Below, in pieces: positions 17,723-24,504 of a DNA stretch of 24,762 nucleotides (positions within the stretch are counted from its first letter, which is position 1; the number at the start of each line of letters is the position of its first letter). The notes beneath the pieces were generated by a model. It did not search any database, had not been told where the DNA came from, and saw only the letters and a program-made list of their open reading frames with translations. Source of the stretch: a virus (taxonomy: Duplodnaviria > Caudoviricetes); the IMG/VR virus record IMGVR_UViG_3300044448_001125, positions 1 to 24,762 of that record. One strand, given 5' to 3'. The position numbers were made by a program, and so were the translations under genes.

Positions 17723-19729
17723 CTATGCTTGCGGAGCTTTTGGTTCTGAGTTAATCGTTTGCTTTGCAATAGATAGTTCCTCACCGACCATGCGAGTCCT
17801 ATCTCTTTGTCGCGCTTCTTCCAGCTTAGCATTTGATTTGATTTTAGTAACTGCCTCACTTACAGGTTTGGTAGCTTCGCTAATTTCAGCTCTCATGTTA
17901 GCATGGAATACTTCGCGCTCTCTAGTTTGCAAGTCACCTTGCATTGTCTTGAGTTCTTGTTGCGCTTGTTGCAATTGCGCTTGTAAGTTTCCTATCTCTC
18001 CCATTCTCTGCATAAGCGATGATTTATCAATATCGCCTTTCATATTCATAATAACTTGAGTTTTATCATAAATACCAGCACTTAGAAGAGTTAAATCTTT
18101 TTGAAGTTCAGCCATTGGCGACTTACTTCTAGTAGAACCGACTACAACTCTTACATCGAATCTAGCCGTTTCCATATCATATAATTTTTTTACTGCACCT
18201 GTTTTGTCATCAATAACAGGAATATTTAATCTTACTTCATTCTCATCGCCTGTAGGGCTTACAATTCTTAATGTTCTCTGTTGTTCATAAACATTAGGCA
18301 TCCATTGAGTAACAACCTTTGCAGTTCTTGTAAGCATATCATATATAGGCAGTATTTTCCAATTTTGTTTTCTTGATGATGATTCATCCATTATTTGCGC
18401 TTCACCAACAGTACCGGGTGCGCCTTGGGCATTTCCCTGAAGAAACTTATAAGCGCCAAAAACTGTTTCTATATCAACCTCGTATCTGCCTTTTTCTGCG
18501 TATAAACTTGATGATACTGCTGGTGGAGCAAATTCTTTTATTTTACCAGATGCCAATGCTCCGGGGTTAGCCCTTATTATAGCATTTGGTATATGCCACT
18601 TCTGTATTTCGCTAGCATCTATAGCGCCATCTTCATATAATAACTTAAAATTAGTAGTAGCATTGGTATGAGATATAATTAAAGCCTCAGTTCTATTTAA
18701 CATTCTCTGAGGAGTCTTTGCATGACGAACATCTCCACTTGGATATGGTGTTCCGGCGTGTTCGTTACAGGCAACAGCTATAGGATATTCAGAGATAGGC
18801 AGTATTTCATCGTACAAAACAGTATCTCCAACAACAAATACTTCTCTGACCCTTGTTTTATAAACAAGTTGCTCTGTAATAATTCCTTGTTTAATAAACT
18901 CTTCGTATTGCTCATCTTTTACAAGTTCCTTATACTCATCTCTTGTATATGACTGAGTTCTTCCAGTATTTGTATCTAGAATAAGAGCATGAGGAACATT
19001 TACTTTTACAAAGTAACAATATTTTCTTACTCTACTTTGATGGTCTAGTACACCATTTCCTTTTGTTTCAATAAAATCTCTTGAATATTTACCAGAACTT
19101 TGTTCGTTTCTATAGTGGTCTTCTTTAGCGTCTTCTATTTCTTTTGCATATTGAGGAAATAAAATCTTTAAGTGTTCTTTTGTATGTAGGTCAGAGTATA
19201 TAATTGCGCTAGCGTCTGAAAAATCTGGTAGGGAACTGTTTGGGTCAACAAATATAGACTCAGGTGGCATTCTTTTTACTTTGATTGTTCCAAGTCCACC
19301 ATCTCCTTGGTAATCAGGGTATATATACATATAAGCTATACCCTTAACAATAAAATCTTTACAAGCCTGTCTAAAATGTACATCCGCATCAGATTCGTAC
19401 CATATTTTATCAAGCAGTTGGTCAAAGACGAACGCCGCATCATTGTCTGTTTTGCCCACAGCGTGAACATCCCATTCAGGAGCAGATGCGGCGATATTCG
19501 CTAGAACCTGCTCGACGGCGGGACGTATTTTGTTATTAGCTTCGGGGGGCTGACCCACACTAAGCAGGTAATTCTTTTGAGACCTTGTAAGTTGAGAGCC
19601 TAAATAAAACTCATGGTCTTCCGCCATTTGATAACGATATTCGCTAGAAGAGCTTTCGAACAATAAATAGTCCGACCTTACCTCTTCCGCCGAAATTTCT
19701 TTTGTTTCTAGCTTACGTAAGTCTAACAT
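17723..19729 (-). CDS. Portal protein (P22-like, 668 aa)
   Basis: EFYLGSQ...NKIRPAVEQV, IFVDPNS, G-VRHAKTPQRMLN, FDVRVVVGS and a C-terminal Gln-rich coiled coil. Lies between terminase and scaffold. Confidence 0.9.
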   Translation of the reverse strand: MLDLRKLETKEISAEEVRSDYLLFESSSSEYRYQMAEDHEFYLGSQLTRSQKNYLLSVGQPPEANNKIRPAVEQVLANIAASAPEWDVHAVGKTDNDAAFVFDQLLDKIWYESDADVHFRQACKDFIVKGIAYMYIYPDYQGDGGLGTIKVKRMPPESIFVDPNSSLPDFSDASAIIYSDLHTKEHLKILFPQYAKEIEDAKEDHYRNEQSSGKYSRDFIETKGNGVLDHQSRVRKYCYFVKVNVPHALILDTNTGRTQSYTRDEYKELVKDEQYEEFIKQGIITEQLVYKTRVREVFVVGDTVLYDEILPISEYPIAVACNEHAGTPYPSGDVRHAKTPQRMLNRTEALIISHTNATTNFKLLYEDGAIDASEIQKWHIPNAIIRANPGALASGKIKEFAPPAVSSSLYAEKGRYEVDIETVFGAYKFLQGNAQGAPGTVGEAQIMDESSSRKQNWKILPIYDMLTRTAKVVTQWMPNVYEQQRTLRIVSPTGDENEVRLNIPVIDDKTGAVKKLYDMETARFDVRVVVGSTRSKSPMAELQKDLTLLSAGIYDKTQVIMNMKGDIDKSSLMQRMGEIGNLQAQLQQAQQELKTMQGDLQTREREVFHANMRAEISEATKPVSEAVTKIKSNAKLEEARQRDRTRMVGEELSIAKQTINSEPKAPQA

Positions 19730-19742
19730 ATGTTATGTTATA

Positions 19743-19771
19743 ATCTTACAAAACTAAAACCCAATATTCAA
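19743..19771 (-). promoter_or_regulatory. Putative sigma70-type promoter for portal/head genes
   Basis: TTGAAT (19771-19766), 17 bp spacer, TAAGAT (19748-19743), 13 nt upstream of the portal ATG. Confidence 0.55.
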
Positions 19772-20148
19772 AATTTTTTATTTAATAAAATTAAAGTTGA
19801 TATTGGTACTAATAATAACTCAGAAGTATTATCATCTCCGCCATTTACTTTGTGCGCTAAGTCGTTTAAATACATATACTTAACTGCTTTTCTAAGTTTA
19901 TCAACTCTAAACATCAGCATAAACTTTACATCATTTTCTATAGTAAATACGTGAATCCACCACTTTGCTTCTGTTGTTGAAATACCTGACGGCTTACCTC
20001 TAGACTTTATTTCTATCGCCGCATTGCCAGTATCAGCCCATATATCTCTTTCAGTTTTTACTTCAATACTACCTTCACCTTCAAAAAGGTTTCGTATTTT
20101 TTCTTCGTATATTTGACCAAAGTCTAGGTCAATGTCAAAGTTTCCCAC
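19768..20148 (-). CDS. Putative PD-(D/E)XK-type nuclease (126 aa)
   Basis: FDIDLDFGQIYE...IEVKTER...TGNAAIE...KPSGISTTEAKWW, an ExK-motif family common in phages. The GTG start overlaps the terminase TAG (TAGTG). Confidence 0.6.
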   Translation of the reverse strand: MGNFDIDLDFGQIYEEKIRNLFEGEGSIEVKTERDIWADTGNAAIEIKSRGKPSGISTTEAKWWIHVFTIENDVKFMLMFRVDKLRKAVKYMYLNDLAHKVNGGDDNTSELLLVPISTLILLNKKF

Positions 20149-21794
20149 TATGCTTCGACAAAATCTGCTGCGCTAAACATTTGACCAGTCTCCCAGTCAA
20201 CTTCAACTATTGGCGGTGGAGCCATCCAGTCTCCATCTTTATTCTGTTCTACGTCAGGCGCCCATATATCATCAATAGCCCAGCGAAGTGCATCTAGCGT
20301 ATCTTTTTTAAATGTACCATGCTCTTTGAAGTTTAACAACTCTGTTTCTAGCTCTTCATGGCTTTCTTTTAGAAATACAGAATGAGATGCAAAATGAGGT
20401 TGCATTTGTTTTATTCGGTAATACTTAGCCTTTATAGCCTTTCTTGTGTTTATATTATAAAACCTTCCAGTTTCCTTCGAGTGTCTTCTAACATAATCTG
20501 CTAGCATAACATGACCAGTCTCTTCAATTTTAATATCTCTAGGATGATACATATCTGCTAGCTCAAATAACTTGTCTGCTCCATCCATAGGAGCAACCTG
20601 ACCTCTAAAGTAATCAAGAACATATATATTATATTCCTTATCTACAGCTATAACCATAATAACAGTATAGTCAGCTTTTACATTTTCGCTTGATGCTGGG
20701 TCAACTCCCAAGAAAATATTTACTGGTAACTGAACTCTTCTGCCTTCATCAGTTCTCATAATAAAACTTTGGTCTTTTTCATACATATAACGACCTTCCC
20801 AGTACCTCATATCTTTTTGTTTGAATATACGAAAGCTGTCATCAACCGGAATGTTTTGATACTCTTGGTAAAAATATGCAATATCACCTTCTGACTTTAA
20901 TCTTTCTTTTTCTCCCATTAACCATGAATAAGGTCTTCTGTCGGGCCATAATACTTCTACATTACCTTTCTTGTCTGTAAACTCATTACCTGAAGTTGCA
21001 AACCTGCCATGAGGTAAGTCTTGTGGAACTGCTTGAAAAAATAAAGACTTCCAACCCTTGACCTTATAATTACCTTCTTTATCATATGCTAGAGGGCCAG
21101 CGATTCTGTTTAAGTATGCATCCGTATCTACGATTGTACCTATAAATACAAGCTTTGCATCTCCACTACCCGGAATAACTGCGGCGTTTAGCCATCTTCT
21201 AAATTTATCCCTTGCAGTAGGGGTAGTGCTATTTGACTCACCTTCTCCATCATCGATTATTGTTAGAGTTGGACGATATGCACCATACTTTAAACCACGA
21301 ACTTTTTGTCCTGTACCACGTATAAGACACTTGCACATAACATTTGGTCTGCCACTTTCATCTATACCGCCTACTATTTCTTTTTCTTCCTTACCCCATA
21401 TCGGGCCTTTTCTATCTCCAAAGAAGTATTTTATCTTAGGATTAAATTCAATCTCGTTACCAATTGCTTCTAGGTTATACTTTGACTGCATTTCAGATTC
21501 TGAAATCAACAAAAGAAACCTTTCTTCACCAAAAAGTATTCTATGTAAAGGATATATTAAATTTATAAAGGTAGACTTAGCATGGTCTCTAGGCGCTACA
21601 ACAGCTAGCTTATCTCCGCTATCCATGTCAATTAGGGTTTTTGCTATTTCTCTATGAAAATCAGGTGATTTAGACCTGCAATGATAATGCATAGAGTTAT
21701 CAGGGTCTCCAAATAATACTTCAGCAAATGTAAATATATCTAGATACATTAATTCTAGCATAGATTGTTTTGTTTCAGCTTTCGCCATGCTCAC
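20148..21794 (-). CDS. terL: Terminase large subunit (548 aa; alternative ATG start at 21788)
   Basis: Walker A-like APRDHAKST, Walker B LTIIDDGE, coupling motif FIGT, YQEYQN, and RNase H-like nuclease motifs LGVDPA and KKDTLDAL. Confidence 0.95.
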   Translation of the reverse strand: MSMAKAETKQSMLELMYLDIFTFAEVLFGDPDNSMHYHCRSKSPDFHREIAKTLIDMDSGDKLAVVAPRDHAKSTFINLIYPLHRILFGEERFLLLISESEMQSKYNLEAIGNEIEFNPKIKYFFGDRKGPIWGKEEKEIVGGIDESGRPNVMCKCLIRGTGQKVRGLKYGAYRPTLTIIDDGEGESNSTTPTARDKFRRWLNAAVIPGSGDAKLVFIGTIVDTDAYLNRIAGPLAYDKEGNYKVKGWKSLFFQAVPQDLPHGRFATSGNEFTDKKGNVEVLWPDRRPYSWLMGEKERLKSEGDIAYFYQEYQNIPVDDSFRIFKQKDMRYWEGRYMYEKDQSFIMRTDEGRRVQLPVNIFLGVDPASSENVKADYTVIMVIAVDKEYNIYVLDYFRGQVAPMDGADKLFELADMYHPRDIKIEETGHVMLADYVRRHSKETGRFYNINTRKAIKAKYYRIKQMQPHFASHSVFLKESHEELETELLNFKEHGTFKKDTLDALRWAIDDIWAPDVEQNKDGDWMAPPPIVEVDWETGQMFSAADFVEA

Positions 21795-21999
21795 CTGTAA
21801 CTTTTTGTAATAAACTTAATTGTTCTTTATAAGAATCTAGTTCTTCAAGTAATTCAAGAATAAATTTAGCAACTTCACCATCTACAAAATACTGCTCATT
21901 GTCAATATTTATCAAGCCCGGCTGAGATGTGTCTACATCTTTACTCTTGGACTCTTGATGATGTGTGAATTTCTTCGTTTCTATTATCTTTTGTGCCAT
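21775..21999 (-). CDS. Hypothetical protein (~74 aa from ATG 21999; track start 22014)
   Basis: Overlaps both the terS end and the terL start, with a C-terminal coiled-coil-like helix. Confidence 0.55.
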   Translation of the reverse strand: MAQKIIETKKFTHHQESKSKDVDTSQPGLINIDNEQYFVDGEVAKFILELLEELDSYKEQLSLLQKVTGEHGES

Positions 22000-22750
22000 A
22001 CGTTGTTTCCGCAATAGACTTTCTTACAGTAGCTAATTTTTTTATATCACCATCAGATAATGCAAATACACCTTCAATTTGTTCTTCTTTCTTTTCCTTG
22101 GTAAGATGTCCAAGCATATCACTTACCCTGTTCAATGCATTTAATTTAGTAGCTGGGGGTATATCTATATCTTCAATAATATTCTTATATTGACTCGCAA
22201 CATAATCATCGTCCATTCCTAATGCACTTAGCTTGTCTCTCATATTCATAGCAATGTATTCCCTTATGTGTTTTCTTTTTAATATACCCATACCACGACG
22301 CAAAGCTTGCTCAGGGTTATTATCTTTATAAATTGACTGGTAGGCAAGAATAATAGACTCAGAATCCCACATTCCAAGCTTATCTGTCTTACCTTTTAAG
22401 AATAAAGCATCTACAAATGTTCTTTGTTTTGCAGTTGGTCTTACGTTTTTTATTAAATCCTTTCCAAAATAGTATTTATCACGATAATAATTTGGTTGTT
22501 CCTGAGCATATACGTGTTTTTTATGGACACCGCATTCGCCGTATCCAGTACGAATAAAAATATAAGACTTTTTAACGTTTGAAGGGTTTTCTTCTCTTCT
22601 TCCAATAACCTGAATAACCTTTCCATCCTGAGTTTTTATCCAATCGCCTACTTTTGCGGTTCTCCAGTCGTCTATTGGTGTTATATTTTCTTGTTTAGCC
22701 TCTTCTTCAGTATATACATCAAACGTTTTGCCCCGACATTCAACTTTCAT
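21941..22750 (-). CDS. terS: Terminase small subunit with an N-terminal extension (269 aa)
   Basis: The C-terminal half PTAKQRTFVDAL...AYQSIY...LKRKHIREYI...KLNALNRVSDMLG matches the TerS helical pattern, and the gene lies upstream of terL. Confidence 0.7.
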   Translation of the reverse strand: MKVECRGKTFDVYTEEEAKQENITPIDDWRTAKVGDWIKTQDGKVIQVIGRREENPSNVKKSYIFIRTGYGECGVHKKHVYAQEQPNYYRDKYYFGKDLIKNVRPTAKQRTFVDALFLKGKTDKLGMWDSESIILAYQSIYKDNNPEQALRRGMGILKRKHIREYIAMNMRDKLSALGMDDDYVASQYKNIIEDIDIPPATKLNALNRVSDMLGHLTKEKKEEQIEGVFALSDGDIKKLATVRKSIAETTYGTKDNRNEEIHTSSRVQE

Positions 22751-22752
22751 GT

Positions 22753-23139
22753 CTAAGCATTACGTACTTTTCTGGCAATTGACTTACTGTATGTAGCTTT
22801 TCTACGTGACCTAGCGTTTGCAACGCGTTTTTTTCTATTTGTACTAGCTTTTTCGGAGGGAGAAAGACTTTCTCTAACAGATTTTGGCAGATAACGACCT
22901 CTTTTTGACTTTGGCTTCTTTTTATCGCCTTTTGAAACATAATCCCACTTTTGGTCGCCCCATTTTTTAAGCTTGTTGCCAGATGATTTCTTTCCAGAGT
23001 AGGTTCCGCCAGCATCTTTGTAGTATTTAACAGCAAGTTGCATAGCTCTGGCAGAGTGTTTTCCACCCATTTTGGCTTTTGCCCTAGCTTTTGCCCTAGC
23101 CCACTTTGCGGGGTCTTTCTTTTTTGCTGTTCCTGCCAC
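22753..23139 (-). CDS. Basic hypothetical protein, DUF5872-like (128 aa)
   Basis: HSARAMQLAVKYYKDAGGTYSG, LKKWGDQKW and RYLPKS...LSPSEKASTNRKKR. The GTG start overlaps the upstream TAG. Confidence 0.75.
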   Translation of the reverse strand: MAGTAKKKDPAKWARAKARAKAKMGGKHSARAMQLAVKYYKDAGGTYSGKKSSGNKLKKWGDQKWDYVSKGDKKKPKSKRGRYLPKSVRESLSPSEKASTNRKKRVANARSRRKATYSKSIARKVRNA

Positions 23140-23296
23140 TATTTTTTCTTTTTCTTAGACTTCATAATTGCTTGCTGTAACTTTTTTGGTAAAGTTTTCT
23201 GCTTAGCACTTAATATAGTTTTTTTTTACCTTTTGGCATTTTAGGTTTAGTAGCCTTTTTTGACTTACTCATTTTTTTATATTTTTTACCCGGCAT
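23139..23296 (-). CDS. Small Lys-rich protein, split by a frameshift at an A9 run (28 aa as read; ~52 aa if shifted -1)
   Basis: AGGAG RBS and ATG 23296 give MPGKKYKKMSKSKKATKPKMPKGKKKLY*. The -1 frame continues TILSAKQKTLPKKLQQAIMKSKKKKK* and ends in TAG overlapping the next GTG. Confidence 0.7.
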
Positions 23297-23305
23297 GATA
23301 TTCTC

Positions 23306-23632
23306 CTATTTGGATTTTTTATGTCTGTTTGCAAAGTTTCTAGCGGCCTCAACAGAACCAAAGCCCCAAGCTTTTAATGCTAGCGCTTTTCTTGTTGGTC
23401 GGCCTTTCGAATCTTTCATTGGCCCTTTCATTCCAGCAAATCTTGCGGCGAAAGAAACTCTTCTTGGATTGGTTCCGCTTTTAACAGGTGCTTTTAAAGT
23501 TCCGCCAGTCTCTCTTTTATAACTAGCTCTGCCCTTAGCATTGAGTCCACCCTTGGGATTCTGTCCCTCTTTGCGTCTCCATGCTGCGCTTTTTCCTTTT
23601 CTAGCACTTGTTCTTTTTCTGATTCGTTTCAT
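23306..23632 (-). CDS. Basic hypothetical protein, DUF6321-like (108 aa)
   Basis: AWRRKEGQNPKGGLNAKGRASY...LKAPVKSG-NPRRVSFAARFAGMKGPMKD-KGRPTRKALALKAW, a family I recognise from aquatic phages. Start coupled by TAATG. Confidence 0.75.
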   Translation of the reverse strand: MKRIRKRTSARKGKSAAWRRKEGQNPKGGLNAKGRASYKRETGGTLKAPVKSGTNPRRVSFAARFAGMKGPMKDSKGRPTRKALALKAWGFGSVEAARNFANRHKKSK

Positions 23633-23829
23633 TAAACTGGAAAATTATTTTTATCCTCTACTTTGAAAGATACATACTCTTTACCCGATTGACCAACCTT
23701 TTTCCATCCTGCAACCTTAACTTCTCTACCACCAACTTTACCTTGGCCTGTATAGTCTGGCTGAGTGTCTTTAGTTTTGTTATCGTTGTCAAAAATAGTG
23801 AATGTATCATCTTTTATTTCGTATGGCAT
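23632..23829 (-). CDS. DUF736-like small protein (65 aa; start revised to ATG 23829)
   Basis: CAGGAG RBS at 23835-23840 precedes MPYEIKDD. Motif NDNKTKDTQPDYTG...VAGWKK...GKEYVSFKV. Confidence 0.7.
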   Translation of the reverse strand: MPYEIKDDTFTIFDNDNKTKDTQPDYTGQGKVGGREVKVAGWKKVGQSGKEYVSFKVEDKNNFPV

Positions 23830-23857
23830 TGTTGCTCCTGATTTTGTTAAAAAAATA

Positions 23858-23886
23858 ATTTTAGCCCCTGTTTGAATATACTTCAA
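23858..23886 (-). promoter_or_regulatory. Putative sigma70-type promoter at the head of the late operon
   Basis: TTGAAG (23886-23881), 17 bp spacer, TAAAAT (23863-23858). Same TTGAAK/TAARAT form as the portal promoter. Confidence 0.6.
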
Positions 23887-23906
23887 AGTAAATTAGTTGG
23901 CAAAGC

Positions 23907-23929
23907 AAAAAAGGTTGAGTTCGCAACCT
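23907..23929 (-). terminator. Possible intrinsic terminator just upstream of the late promoter
   Basis: Minus strand AGGTTG-CGAACT-CAACCT followed by TTTTT. Confidence 0.4.
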
Positions 23930-23967
23930 GAGGTTTACTAAACCTAAGGTTTTTTATACCTAAGATA
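23925..23967. repeat. Three palindromic boxes at 16-bp period
   Basis: AACCTGAGGTT (23925), AACCTAAGGTT (23941), TACCTAAGATA (23957). Confidence 0.65.
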
Positions 23968-23999
23968 TATATACTTCTACTTCTTCTTCTACTTCTATA

Positions 24000-24062
24000 T
24001 GCATGGCAAGGCCATAGCTAGGCTATGGCAAGGCTATAGCTAAGCCATAGCTTAGCCATTAA
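24000..24062. repeat. Iteron-like array of six 8-bp quasi-palindromes at exact 11-bp period
   Basis: TGCATGGC (24000), GCCATAGC (24011), GCTATGGC (24022), GCTATAGC (24033), GCCATAGC (24044), GCCATTAA (24055), with 3-bp spacers. Confidence 0.9.
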
Positions 24063-24436
24063 GTGTTAATATTGTTGAGGATAAGAGAATGTTAAGCAAA
24101 AATAAACAATTGTTTTTTTCTCTTTTCTTTTTTTTTATTTACTTTTCTTTTCTTTTCTATGTGTTTCTACGTGTAGAAACTATATCTAAAAATTGTGCAA
24201 AAAATGTATGGGAGCTACCTTACTATAACGCACCCCCCTACCTACGTGTTACGCGTTGGGCATTTTCGTTGAGTACGCGTTTCGCGTCTACGCAAGGCTG
24301 TCCACCCTACGCGTACGCTGACCAGTATTTATGCCCTGTTTAACCGACATTAACCGACGATAATGGGTTTTTGTGCTAGGTTTTGCTAGCATACATTGGT
24401 AAGTTTGGGTTCTGCCGACGGCACTGGGTCGACGGC

Positions 24437-24464
24437 TTGACAAACGGCGCTTATGCGCTATAAT
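24437..24464 (+). promoter_or_regulatory. Consensus sigma70 promoter (probable early promoter)
   Basis: TTGACA (24437-24442), 16 bp spacer, TATAAT (24459-24464). Both hexamers are perfect consensus. Confidence 0.85.
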
Positions 24465-24468
24465 AACA

Positions 24469-24497
24469 CGCGAAGGAAACACCCCTTCGCGAAGGAG
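24469..24497 (+). promoter_or_regulatory. 5' leader hairpin adjoining the RBS
   Basis: CGCGAAGG-AAACACC-CCTTCGCG (8-bp stem) immediately followed by AAGGAG (24492-24497). Confidence 0.7.
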
Positions 24498-24504
24498 ACA
24501 AATC

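Noticed and set aside
141-23522. Plus-strand ORFs in the track and nested minus-strand ORFs (13112-13408, 13720-13920, 22740-23066)
   Set aside because: They are antisense or off-frame shadows of well-supported genes and have no recognisable motifs.
23830-23886. Track start (TTG 23886) for the DUF736-like ORF
   Set aside because: That TTG coincides with a predicted -35 box, while ATG 23829 has a well-placed CAGGAG RBS.
23960-24060. Coding remnant of a replication initiator (reads MHIEVEEEVEVYIS on the minus strand)
   Set aside because: The frame is closed by stops on both sides within about 20 codons and has no RBS, so it is treated as non-coding.
24000-24062. CRISPR or mini-array
   Set aside because: Units are 8 bp with 3-bp spacers, far too short, and there are no cas genes.
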